DNA of 64,000 nt from Octopus vulgaris (taxonomy: Eukaryota): positions 1,612,001-1,676,000 of the forward strand of contig OX597841.1 in the NCBI GenBank assembly GCA_951406725.2. The letters run 5' to 3'. Of this stretch, positions 50,780-64,000 are shown piece after piece (the first letter of the stretch is position 1; each line of letters opens with the position of its first letter). The position numbers and the translations under genes were made by a program. Below the pieces are notes generated by a model. It saw only the letters and a list, made by a program, of their open reading frames with translations. It had not been told where the DNA came from and did not search any database.

Positions 50780-51279
50780 TATATATATAACGCATGAAAG
50801 TATACTAGTCCCCAAATATTTTATATTCAACATTTCATCTATTCAATACTTTATTTCATTTTACTATATAGGGAATTACAACCGTGTTTCGTGGTTTGCT
50901 ACCACAACAGCTCCTTTATAGGATCCAGTTAGCTCAATCATCATCAGGAGGAACCACGTCCAGTTTCGGCCCCTATTTCTCTACGGTTTTGACGTGGCGG
51001 GGCCCCCGTCTTTTCGGAGGTGTCTTCAGCTCTGGTGTTGGGTGCATGTCCTCTTTCTCCTTCTTTCTTCTGTTCCCTGGCCTCTTCGATGTATCTTCAG
51101 CGAGTGTCAGCCGGTGACTGACTGACTGACTTGTCAATTTTTTCCCTTTAAATACCTGCCGCTAGGCTCCAGCAGGCAGCCCAAACAAGTTGTCACGTGA
51201 CACTTATTCTATATTCTACTTTAATATTATAAAGAATATAAATAAAGCATAAAAAACAGAGTCGGAATTTCTTTGAATA

Positions 51280-51343
<64 letters not shown>

Positions 51344-51444
51344 ACATATATATATACGTATATATATGTATATATATACATAGATATACACACACATTTA
51401 CATATATATAATATATATACTTATATATATATATATATAACACA

Positions 51445-52662
51445 GAAGCCGACAGTAAAAAAATGTGGAAGACCCAATTGCGGGATATGCGACTATCTAA
51501 TTGAGGGATCAGAGTTCTCCTTCAAACAGGGACAACGGTTTGCAGTGAAAAGCAACTTCACATGTGCTTCGGAGAACCTAATATACTCACTAACCAGCTC
51601 CGAGTGTCAAGAGCAGTACATAGGCCAAACAAAAAATAGTTTGCGTAAACGAATGGCCCTGCACAGATTCCAGATAAAAATTCCCCAAAACAGAAAAATA
51701 GCTTTTAGCCAACACATAGATACTTGCGCCAACAAAAAAACACAAAGCTTCAGGATTTTCCCCCTCTACCAATTTAGGGACGATACAACCGCGAGACAAC
51801 GAATAAGTAAAGAAAATCTCTTTATTACAAAATACAAGCCACTTCTTAACGGGTCTACGACAAACAATTAATATACCTCAACTTTAGAATAAAAGAAATA
51901 TTCACACACAAATATTACATTCCAAAGAATCCATTACTAATCACAGCTAAAATCACAGCTATAATCCATAACATGCCAACTTCAAGTCATACAACACCTC
52001 ACTACTTTCACCCATTCATATTCTCCCTTCTCTGTTTTTTTCTTCTTCTTCCTCTTCTTTTTCATCATCATCATTATCATCATCATCGTCGTCATCATCA
52101 TCACCACCATCATCATCATCATCATCTTCTCCTTCTCCTTCTTCTTCTTCTTCATCATCATCATCATCAACATCGTCATCTTCTTCTTCTTCTCCTTCTT
52201 CTTCTTCTACTTCTCCACCTTCAACCTCTTAACTTTGTCACAAATGCTTTTTAGTATAACACCTACGCAAATTCCATAAACAAGCATTTCAATAGAAATA
52301 TTCTCCTGAATTGAACTGCGACTGCTAGCCGCCACTGACCATTCAAAATACGACCATCAGGGCACTCCCAGATTTTCCCACCCTCTCTCCTCATCAGCCT
52401 TCTTCTTCTTCTACCCTACCAAGAATTCACAACGACCTCCAACACACAAGTGCAAACAAGGGAGTCAGAGAAAGGCAGAATGCCACTTATATCTGAACAC
52501 TACTATAGAAATATTCCTTTAAAAAAACTTTTCTTCTAATTTTTCTAAATTTAATTATTTAATCGTTACAGTTGAAAAGGTCTCAAAATGACCGAAACCG
52601 GTACTGAAATGTTCACTATAAAATTATTCTAGCATTTTCTATTTTGACTTATTTTTTCATAT
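51445..52662 (+). mobile_element. Penelope-like element, 3' part (GIY-YIG endonuclease remnant 51545-51871 plus terminal repeat)
   Basis: [19 protein letters not shown]...L..R...H is a GIY-YIG pattern. 52368-52662 matches 600-892. Confidence 0.8.
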
Positions 52663-52799
52663 ATATATATACATATATATATATATGCGTCACATCAAAC
52701 GCACCAACACCACTGACACGACCAACAAGAATATCGAACACATCCCATCGAATGTGCATTTAGGTATCTAATGTGCTCAGTGAAGTGTGACTGTTCGTA

Positions 52800-53411
52800 T
52801 TCATGTTAGACACTAGTTTAGTTTCGTGTGGGTGAAAGCATTACTTGATTAATGACCAGTGTTGCTCTCACTGTGTATGTTATTGACCATTGTACAGAGT
52901 TGTCGTATCTGCTGATACTGGTGACAGAAGCGAGCAGTGCTGCTATCAGTGAACAGTTCGAAAACCTTCGCTCCGGTTTCACTTGTAGAGACAGTGGTAA
53001 TATTGTCATCTGTAGGAACTCTGGATTGATATCTGGAGACAGTGCCGACATCTGTGGTAATTCTGGAAGCAGAAGATAATATTCCTTCTACTATAAACAC
53101 AAGGTCTGAAATTTTGTAGGAAAGGGCTAGTTGATCATATGAACCCCACTGCTCAGCTACTACATGTTTTATTGAGCCTGAAAGGAAAAAAGGATAAGTC
53201 GGCCTCTGTATCATTTGAATGCAGTGAACAATATTGTCATTCGTAGGGGTCCTCACTTGACATCTACAGACAGTGGTGACATCTGTGGTAATTCTGAAAG
53301 CGGCATTTGTGGACATCCTTCATATTTTATGACTGGACGGTCATAGTGGACAGACCTGACGTCTCTCGTTGCCCACGAATAGCAAAATCACTGCGTCTAC
53401 CCACAACAAAG
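52800..53411 (+). other. Putative 5' leader exon of paralog D; upstream boundary approximate
   Basis: Ends CCCACAACAAAG|GTAAGA. Homologous to the C leader; contains an internal repeat (GACAGTG..GACATCTGTGGTAATTCTG at ~53038 and ~53270). Confidence 0.55.
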
Positions 53412-53430
53412 GTAAGATTACATTTGTGCA

Positions 53431-53463
<33 letters not shown>

Positions 53464-53734
53464 GCCTATTCTCTTCCCCTCTCTATGCTCTCCTCTCCTC
53501 TACTTCTCTCTATGTTTCTCACTCTCTCTCCGATGACTCTCACTCTCTTTTATCTGTTAATCTTTCTTTTTACATTTGTCCCCTTATCCCTTTCTCTGTC
53601 TCCTTATACCAGGATCTATTTCTCCCTATTTCTATCTCTCTATCAATTTCTCTACAGTCTCTTTCTCTTTACCTCTCCCACTTTTGAATTCTGCCTTCCT
53701 CTCCTTCTCTCTCTAAATTTTCTCCCTCATCTTC

Positions 53735-53782
<48 letters not shown>

Positions 53783-53858
53783 ACACACGCACACACACAC
53801 ACACACGCACGCACACAAATATTTATATGAATAGTCCTCTGTTGATTCTAGAGCCAAG

Positions 53859-56800
53859 ATGTTCCAGTTTCCTTCTACTATTCCAACCGTGACCACAGTG
53901 CTGCTGCTATTAACCCTTACTACAATTCTGACCGTTACCTCAAACCAGCAATTTTATACAGGCAGCTACAGATCTTTGGCTCCTGGGTATTCCTACCGTT
54001 ACCTTCAGGAACCTCCGACAGAACAATTCTCCTCCACTCAATGTCTACTGAAATGTGCCGCGATTTCTCTAAGCAGCCAATCGGAATTCTTCACTTACAA
54101 CAATGTCAGCCGTGTTTGTAAGAATTACTCACCGAAAAATATCATGACAGTTGTCAGCACGAATGACAGCAACGAGATGTCCTTCTACAGAAGTAAGTGA
54201 ATTATTATTACTATTATTATTTTTTTTTCATTATCATTATGATTAATTCCGCCGAGATAACTTTCTTTTTCATATGAATCGACTCTCTTCTGCGTGTATA
54301 TAGATCATTTTTTATATACCATCCTAGGCCATTTTCCTCTGCTTCGATACAGTCCTGACAACAGATCAAACTTGTCCCACCCTTTCTTCTGGACGAGTAC
54401 AGCCTATTGGTATCACTCTTCGTGTGGAAGGCTCCGTGTACTCTCAACATTTTTCTGGTCATGCTATTCATTTTCTTCTTTTATCTCTTTTGCTGTTTTA
54501 TAATTACCGATCCATAACGAAGTGATGCTATTGCCACGTATTAACTGCTTGGATTTTATTGCATTCATTTAATTTTGAGCGAAACACATACCCCAGTCTT
54601 CGGAAATTCTCCATCTTCTGTTGGTCTTTCATCGCTTTTGCCATTATCTCGTTAAACTCTAGTGCACCAAGGTATTTGCATCCTTCCGTTTCAATTTGCT
54701 TCATTAAGTCTCTGTTCGGTACTTTAATCCCTGTTAGGGAGTGTCCCCTTTTGTCTCTTTTTAAATAGATTATTCCTCATTTCTTAAGTCCAAATTCCAT
54801 TCTAATATCAGTACTAAAACAGGGGACCTTGTTCACCAAGGAACATCTTTGCTATCCATTTTTTAATCATCCATGAAGAGAAGGTGGCTAATTGTTTGGG
54901 AGTTTTCCTTTAGTTAGTATCCTCAGGTATCACGCAGAGAACGAAAAGCACCAGAGATAGGTGGTCTACGGTTACAGGTGTTGATAACGTTAATTCTCCT
55001 TTTTTTCTCATTAATACAAGCTATCATTGTTATTCATATATTTGTACGTACCTGACGCGTATGTCACATTTAAGAGAAATAAATTAAATATAAATCTAAA
55101 TCTCTGGAAGAGATTTGAAACCACCACCTATCTGCTTTAATATTATTTATCAACACCCATGCCTACGGGCCCACAGAAGCAACAACGCTCTTAAGGAGGG
55201 AATTAAGATACATAAATTTGACGTGTGTGTCGAGCAAAGGAGAGAGGAATTATTTTATCAGTTATAATCTCTGTCTGTAAAACAAACATCACGGTAGTCC
55301 AACAACAGAAGAGAAGCAGTTTGTCAATTTTTACCTTCCCCTCAAAGCAACACAGAGCTTTCAATCCATCTGCTCTTCGTACGTTAGAGAGTGGGGAGAG
55401 AGTGAGTATTGTAAACAATAAATAAAATAAACATGAATTGGAAAAATCGTATAAATAAAAGGGCACCACCACAGATGTATACACTCCCGAATTTGTTGCT
55501 TCATGACATCCAGAAAAATGCATTTTAACAAAGTTTTCTACAAATACCGCTTAAATGTTGTGGCGTCGGGATTTATAAGAAAGAAGTTTTCTGTGGGGTT
55601 GGAAAATTCACACGATCTACTTTTCTCCCTTATAATTTTCAGGAAGATAAGTAAGTTTTAATGAAAATTTATACAAATCCCCTCCAAACGCACAGATTAC
55701 GATTGTAAAGAAATTTGTGAAGAAAATTTTTTCAGAGATTTTGCTATTTTTCTTTTTAAACCACAGCCTTCGAAATAACGGTGTGGGGGTGAGGCATCTT
55801 TGTATGAAAAAAGATTTACAAACACATTTTTTACACTCCTCCATCATCGTCCCACTCTCTTCGGCACCTGAAGACGACTTCATCGTTTCTTCACTTTGCT
55901 TCGCTGTTGCTACCGCGAGATTAGTAGAGATTGTTGTTTAGTTCTTAGTTACTTAGTTGCTTGCGTACATACTTAAATATATACACATTTACTGTTTACT
56001 ACAATAATTTGGTTCACTAGAATTTTACTAGAAGGGAATGAAAGGTTAGAGGAAACTAGTGCAGCGGCTAGTAATACATCAAAACGTTGGATCTACTGTT
56101 ACGGGTGTGGAAGTGTATCAAGACATGAGCGTCTTAAATATCCAGCTCGAAATACTGAATGTAGGAAATTCAAGAAGATTGATCATTATTCAAAAGTATA
56201 CAGGTCTAAATATTCAGTTACTGCATCAATTCAAACTGGTACGGTTGCTTCTGTTCTCTCTGCGTTGCACGCGTCGATGATAGAAATATCTATAAATGGT
56301 TTTTCGTTGAAAGCTCCCTTGGACACTGGAAGCTTGGAAAACTTCCTTTCAAAATCTGTGGTTAAATCTCTTCGGCTTCCTACTTCTCCATATAATGGTA
56401 CTATATCGATGGCTGCAGCTAATTTAAAGTCGTCTGTCAAAGCATGCTGCAAACTAGATATAACTCGGATCTTTTCGGCGTTCACACCATGTAAGAATAC
56501 CTCCAGAACGGTCATGGGCATTCTTAAATTTTTAACTGTTTCTAAACGTTTTTAAGGCAGGGGGCGAGTGTTGTAATTTTGCTGGATTTGAACCTGTTAG
56601 GTGGTGCGTTGTATCACTCTATATAGCAGGTGAACATCTTCATTTATTTGACATTTATCAAGTGGACTACTCGTTTTCTTTTCTTCTAGTATACTTGTAA
56701 GTAAAAGCCAAAGTTCACGGTTCATGGTTAAAACTGACGGTTTCCTACTATATTGGTACAAACATACGAACCTACTTAGTTACTTACATACATACTTATA

Positions 56801-58150
56801 CACATACACACTTACTGTTTACTGCAATGATTTGGTTCACTAGATCGGTGAAAAATTCTTTTAAAGTTGTTAATATTTTCAGAGGGGAAAGCGGCAAACT
56901 GGCGGAAACGTTAGCACGCCGGGTGAAATTCTTAGCGGTATTTCGTCTGCCGCTACGTTCTGAGTTCAATTTCCGCCGGGGTCGACTTTGCCTTTCATCA
57001 TTTTGGGGTCGATTAAATAAGTATCAGTTACGCACTGGGGTCGATATAATCGAGTTAATCCGTTTGTCTGTCCTTGTTTGTCCTCCCTGTGTTTAGCCCC
57101 TTGTGGGTAGTAAAGAAATAGGTATTTCATCTGCCGCAACGCCCTGAGTTCAAATTCAACCGAGGTCGAATTTGCCTTTCATCATTTTGGGGTCGATAAA
57201 ATAAGTACTATTTACGCACTGGGGTCGATATATTCGACTTAATCCGTTTGTCTATCCTTGTTTGTCCTCTCTGTGTTTAGCCCCTTATGGGTAGTAAAGA
57301 AGTAGGTATTTCGCCTGTTGACTTGTTCTGTGTCGCCCAGGTCGACTTTGCCTTTCATCCACTCGGGGTCGATATATTAAGTACCAGTTCAACACTGGGG
57401 TCGATGTAATCGATTCATGGCCTCCCCAAAATTGCTGCCCTATGTTCTCCAAAAACTTCTGTTCTGGCTACATGGAAATGATTTTGTAGTCCCTTGTTGA
57501 ATTATGCTTTATCATGTCCATTTTGTATTTGTTCCTTTGTCTTACTTTTTTTCCTCTGCATTCAATACTCCATCATTCCCGACACTAGCAAGGTTTCAAT
57601 TCGCTCTCCTCGCATACAGACAAACAGTGTCTGTACGTGGATGATGGGCTCCATGCATCTTTAGAAGCTTTCTCGTTTTCCTGTCCATCTCCTATACCTC
57701 CTCCTCTGTTCAGTTCAGGATGCCAACGCCATACCCAACTCTGAAAGTGTGCGCAAGTTCTTTGCCGAAATTATGTTACTGGCATCGAGTTTTGAAGCCA
57801 ATATTGTCATGATTATTACTGCTGCTTCTGCTGCTGCTACTACTACTACTACTACTACTACTACTATTATTATTGTTGTTGGTATTATTATAATTATTTC
57901 AGGTAGCCAATGGATTAAAACATATGCCATATCAATGGGAGCTGGTTCGAAAGTATATGATTCATTCCTGAATATAGGACTTCCTTCATCCTGGAATGTG
58001 GACGAATGCAGAGGTATCTTTTGTCCCAGCTTCTTCCGGCATCCTATCCTGGATTACTGGAACTATCTTCTAATTGAGGAGGTATGTATGCATACACATA
58101 CACGCGCACAAATGCATATTATTATTTCCATAATAATAGTAATACTGATA

Positions 58151-58239
<89 letters not shown>

Positions 58240-59394
58240 AGGCGCAATATATATGTGTGTCACATTTTTGACCTGTAAAAATTATTTATTGGGAAGGCAA
58301 AGCAGTGTTGTAAAGAATTTTATCCGCGTCAAACCGCGGTGAGATTCATGGCCTGCCCCAAATTGTTGCCCTTGTGGAAAAAAATTGAAACCATTGTTAT
58401 TAATTCTTTTTATAATAGGTTTTGCTGGAACTCCTAGAATCTTGCATGCGTAGCAAGCTCGCTGCTTGCAGCCTACGGTGCTATGCTACCCGTCCTTTTC
58501 ATAGACAAAAGACTTTCCTTATTGGGAATGACGAGTGAATAAACGACAAAATCGATTAAATCTCCTTAGGATACATGACTGGTAAAAGTCTTATTCAGCT
58601 CGGCACAAAGTAATGCATGTGGACCTCGGTGGCTCTCGAATTATTTTGTCATTCTTTTTGTGATATGGCAAGATTGAGTTACAAACAAACCTTGAAGGAA
58701 GAGCGAAGCCAGAAAACTGTCAGAGCCCAGATTAAGAGCAGTAAATAAGATTAGCTAGAACACATATCGTGAAAACCTCTTTCTGATAACACCAGGTAAA
58801 CCGTCCGATGAATATCCCAAGGGAGACAAGCGTGACAGATCAAAATCAACGTGGAAAATTTCTACAAAAACTGAAGAAGTATCAGGCGGTTATACCTGGG
58901 GGAAACTATAACTTATTGCCAATTTAGAGACAGAATTCTAATGGAACTAAGAAGGCATGTCGTCGGGTGTTTTTTCCGCTGTATGTCTAACTACTAAATT
59001 CAGCGTTTCAGTGTGTTCTCTCCGGGCTACACATTTTGGGTGGGAATAAATTTTAGTTGATTAATTCAACAAGCTGTATTTAGCAGACAATGATTTATCA
59101 AGCACTAATTAATATAAAAATATTGCTAGTACATATAATTTTATCCCTTATCTCTTTGTAATAATAATATATTGTTAATATATTGGACGCCATGATAGAT
59201 CGTTAGCTCCTACACGCATCTTTTTCTCTCCTTGTTTATCTCCTTGTTTTTGCCAGTGTATCTTGCTGTCGAAGAGCGTAGGCTCGAAACGTAAAAGACT
59301 TTTTCTATTCCTAAGCGCTATGCTAATACATTTGTTTGTTTGTACTCCACCTGCCTTCGTCTTTTGTTTATTTTCGTAAACTTTCCCTTTATTT

Positions 59395-59454
<60 letters not shown>

Positions 59455-59509
59455 AGGCGCAATGGCCCAGTGGTTATAAAATATTTCTTTTATATGTTTA
59501 TATATGTTT

Positions 59510-59546
<37 letters not shown>

Positions 59547-59778
59547 TTGTGTATGTATATATATATACTCTTTTACTTGTTTCAGTCATTTGACTGTGGC
59601 CATGCTGGAGCACTGCCTTTAGTCGAGCAACTCGTCCCCGGGACTTATTCTTTTGTCAGCCCAGTACTTATTCTATCGGTCTCTTTTGCCGAACCGCTAT
59701 GTAACGGGGACATAAACACACCACTATCGGTTGTCAAGCAATGCTAGGGGGACAAACACAGACACACAAACACACACA

Positions 59779-59822
<44 letters not shown>

Positions 59823-61840
59823 TGCGACGGGCTTCTTTCAGTTTCCGTCTACCAAATCCACTCACAAGGCTTTGGTCAGCCCGAGGCTATAGTAGAAGAC
59901 ACTTGCCCAATGTGCCAAGCAGTGGGACTGAACCCGGAACCATGTGGTTGGTAAACAAGCTACTTACCACACAGCCACTCCTGCGCCTATATATATATAT
60001 AATTGAGTGATACTACACACTGATTGGTCAGAATACAGTTTGCAAACCTAGCAATCTGGAGCCCACACAGCTGTATTTAAGGCACAGATTTCATCATCTC
60101 GCTACAGTCAAAAATTGTGAAGTATGACTGTCACCACTACTACATGAACCTGGAGATTGCAGAATTTAAGGCATAAAAGTACTAGTTCAATCAGAATGAA
60201 CATTTAACATTCTATTATCTTATATTATATCATTATAAGATTGTAAATAAAACGTAAAAATCAGAACTTACTAACGAACTAAGTTGCCTATGTGACTTTT
60301 GAGTACACTATACACTAAAAGGCTGCACGTATATTAATACTACGAACATTCCCTTTTTACAAGAACATCAGCCCTAAAGCATGCGCATATTTTCCATATG
60401 TTTTACCTTCAAATCTCTCGTCGTTTGGCAACACCTCCAGCAAGGTAGACGGAAACTGAAAGGAGCCAGTCATGTTTTTTAAAGCAACGACAAGCTAGAT
60501 GTGTCTGTTCACCTCCAACAATCGAGAAAGGTCGCCATATTTCGATGTTTAACAAATATCTTTGTAGAGTGTGGGGTTACATAATAGATCGGTCTCTTAC
60601 CTAACACACCATTGAACCCCTATTGAGAAACCGATGGGTTAGATCGTCTGTAATGTATGTATAAAACTGTACACTTTGATCAATGTTATATATATTACAT
60701 ATGTGTGTGTATATATATATGTGTGTGGGTGTGTGTGTATTCTTATAGTCTTTTATTTGTTTCAGTCATTTGACTGCGGCCATGCTGGAGCACTGCCCTT
60801 AGTCGAGCAAATCGACCCCAGGACTTATTTTTTTAAGCTTAGTACTTATTCTATCGGTCTTTCATACCGAGCCGCTAAATGACGGGGACGTAAACACAAC
60901 AACATCGGTTGTCAAGCGATGTTGGCGGGACAAACACAGACACAAACATATACATATATTATATATATACGACGGGATTCTTTCAGTTTCCGTCTACAAA
61001 ATCCACTCCTTCATCCTCAAAACGACTGCTCCCTAAGTCCTACTTCAGTGTTTCATCTTCGGGAACTACCGAAAGTCACAGGGAGCATGTTCTAAATTAC
61101 AGAGACGGTGAAAGACAGTTTTAATGCCCTCTCTGTAACATAGTTGATTACCAGGATGGAATTGTGCATTGGTACATTGTACTGGTGAAGGTGCTACCGG
61201 CAGGAACCCAAGGGCTCCGGACGTTTACGACGAAATCTCTTCGTGGGCTCCCTCAAAATCTCCTCAACGTACTTGTTTGATCTCTTGGCCAGAGGGAATC
61301 CAGTAGACGTAGATGATGCCACTGCTGTCGTAGAAGGGGGGTGATCATGAGCTTCCCACTGGACTTGCTTCGCCTGGCCTTCTTGGGTCTGAAGGAGACA
61401 AGTTATTTTCATTGGACACTTTGTCTCTTCGTCTCTTGATCGTAACAGTAGAACTCTCTTTCGTTAAAGGTCACTAGAGACTCATGTAGTCTTGCATTGG
61501 AGGTCGTACTGCAGCTCCTTTTAATTGAAAAATATAGTCATTAGATCAATTTAAATACAGCGCTATCTTCAGCTGCAAGAAATATGGATTTTTAACAGAC
61601 AACATATATTAATGTAATTTTTCTTAAATACTTTAACCGAGCAAGAGGACGGAAGAATTTCATGTTGTCACTATTGCAGCAAGAATAGCTATGGTACTTA
61701 GGTTGAGGCACCAGAATTCAGTATGGTATTATCCATGCAATTTCAAAGTAAGGTGATTAAAATCAAAATAAGCAACAAAGATATCCAGAGGTAATGCAGG
61801 TATCCGTTTTGTTTATTTGAATTATACACACACACACACG

Positions 61841-61895
<55 letters not shown>

Positions 61896-62489
61896 ACGCA
61901 TACGTACTCGTACCTACATTCACATGCACACACACATACAAACAAGCATGTGCATGTAAAACTTGCAATGTAAAAAGTTGTTTTTTTGTTGTTGTTTTCA
62001 GGTGAAACTTGTGTTATACAAAAAGAAAACAGCCGTAGTAACAATGGTGTTTAATGGACGAAATACAAATCTTGAAAACTGGTTCTCTGCTAAAAACCTG
62101 AAAAGTTCCCCATGGGACGATCTGGCAACGAGCTCCCATAATTATTTCTCAATAGCGGGCGTTGTGTAGGTCATCATTATCACTTCATATTACTCAATTG
62201 GCTTTAGATTCCGGGTTCAAATTTAATCCCTTTCAGAGCCGCTTAAGAAAAAGAAAAAATGAAAGTAAAGTCCAAGATGGATGTTCTCAATTCTTTTCCT
62301 TTTCTCCGAAATTCCTCATACAGAGCATTCGTCACGAGTTATTTTGAATTTATTTTCGAAATCGAAAATAAATTTTGCATTATATTCTTTGCACGAATAC
62401 TTTTTTATATACAGATTATTATTTAAAGATTATGTTTGCATAAACGCTGTCTGTCTGTCTATCTATCTAGCTATCCATCTATCTATCTA

Positions 62490-62582
<93 letters not shown>

Positions 62583-62585
62583 CTA

Positions 62586-62622
<37 letters not shown>

Positions 62623-62674
62623 GTGTCTATCTACATATTTATGTAGCTATCTACCTCTCTGTCTATCTACCCAC

Positions 62675-62713
<39 letters not shown>

Positions 62714-63610
62714 CCTATCTGTCTGTCTTTCTGTCTACCTATCTATCTATCCATCCATCCATCCATCCATCCAAGTTACGGGAACGTAAACACAGCAACA
62801 CCGGTTGTCAAGCGATAGTGGGGAACAAACGTGCACACATTCAAACATAAACCCCCACAAATACATACACATACATACATACATACATACATACATAGAT
62901 GCATACATACATACATACATACATACATACATAGATGCATACATACATACATACATACATACATACATACATACATACATAGATGCATACATACATACAT
63001 ACATACATACATACATACATACATACATACATAGATGCATACATACATATATACATACATACATACATACATACATACATACATACATACATACATACAT
63101 ACATACATACATACATACATACATACATACATACATACATGCACAAGTAAGCACATAAATGTGAAACAAGGTGGATAAAATAGTATTCGAATACCGAAGG
63201 TAGAGCAATATGATTTTTTATCACAGCTGCAAAAAGATCATAAAACTGTTACTCATGAGGCCTTCACGAAATGGCTGGAGCGCTACAACATGTATATTTA
63301 AGTCAGGGAATTTTACTTAGAAGAAGATTAGAGTCTTGTACTTCGTTGACATTAATAAATGCCTTTCCAGACAAAGTAATACACATTGCGGAGGTTAAAC
63401 AGCAAAAAGATCTGAAACCAGCCCTTTTATATTTTTCTCTCTACAGAAAGATCCGCCGATTTTATGTGTCAGCTTTTCATAGCTCATGTTCCAGAGATGC
63501 CGGCTGGTTGTCTATTAATGAAAAATTCCATCTATGTGGTTGGGAAAGATCAAGCTATTTCCCTGCGATCATATACTCCAACACAAAGTCGAAAACCATA
63601 TGGCATAACG
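53859..63610 (+). CDS. Paralog D, 3'-partial (last exon expected just beyond the window): exons 53859-54192, 57903-58081, 62002-62165, 63447-63610
   Basis: Open spliced frame (334/179/164/164 nt) with GT-AG sites. [28 protein letters not shown]...[23 protein letters not shown]...[12 protein letters not shown]...[13 protein letters not shown]...[20 protein letters not shown]. Confidence 0.88.
54245..54965 (-). mobile_element. Degenerate R4/Dong-like RT fragment in an intron of paralog D
   Basis: [24 protein letters not shown] aligns with TRKIMTGSRMHHPKSDIERLY..R..GG of the 570-aa ORF; frameshifted. Confidence 0.7.
55945..56845 (+). mobile_element. LTR-retroelement relic (aspartic protease-like)
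   Basis: [21 protein letters not shown] motif; imperfect direct repeats at 55945-56021 and 56775-56844. Confidence 0.5.
56885..57420 (+). mobile_element. SINE family 2 trimer
   Basis: Same unit and junction (GTAAAGAAATAGGTATTTC) as the 10630 array. Confidence 0.8.
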
Positions 63611-64000
63611 GTAAGTATTTCGTCGTCTGTCTATTTTATTATCTTGGCTTTCTGTTTCGAAGTTTCAGTGAGTTAGATTGAGCTGAGTCTATTGTGTATG
63701 CGGCATAAGGAACTACGGCCATTTTGGCGCCGTCTGTTCAGCGTCTCTCGTTCGACGCCGATTTATTTCACATTAGACGCGTTTTAATGTTTGTCTCGTT
63801 TTAATGCTTCTTCCGTTCACTCAGCCCTTTTCTTCTCTGTCTATCTATCTGTCTGTCTGTCTCGTTCCCTTCCCCCCCTCTCTCTCTCTCTCTCTTCTAG
63901 TTATATGTTGTGGAGGATGAGGTAAAAGCGAAGTAGGACCTCTTTGCTTCGGGGTGGTCGGGCTCTACTGACGTGCGTGGACATACGTTCTAGAGGGAAT

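Noticed and set aside
52849-53316. Antisense ORFs sharing AFRITTDV..ETG..VFEL..RFCH (also 30187-30438)
   Set aside because: Similarity is explained by paralogous leader DNA; the equivalent frame has stops in A and B.

Overview
AT-rich, microsatellite-dense animal genomic DNA. The SINE and repeat landscape suggests an octopus/coleoid cephalopod; this is inference. Nearly all long ORFs in the track are microsatellite artefacts. The real gene content is a tandem cluster of four paralogs of one multi-exon gene: A (-, 1744-5931, intact 295 aa), B (-, about 15.2-28.5 kb, disrupted as assembled), C (+, 34502-41143, one 1-nt frameshift) and D (+, 53859 to beyond the window end). Each has an upstream leader exon ending in AAAG|GTA and five coding exons with identical intron phases. 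The protein has an N-terminal hydrophobic segment, a reduced 2-Cys PAN/Apple-like module and a ~180-aa Trp/Cys-rich domain I cannot name. The copies are exon-level mosaics, consistent with gene conversion. The introns and intergenic DNA carry R4/Dong-like retrotransposons sitting in (TAA)n tracts, Penelope-like elements with long palindromes and hammerhead-ribozyme motifs, tRNA-type SINEs, Helentron-like elements and mariner/Gypsy relics. The 13-31 kb region shows displaced sequence patches and an A-to-G-converted (CA)n tract, probably assembly artefacts that need read-level checking.
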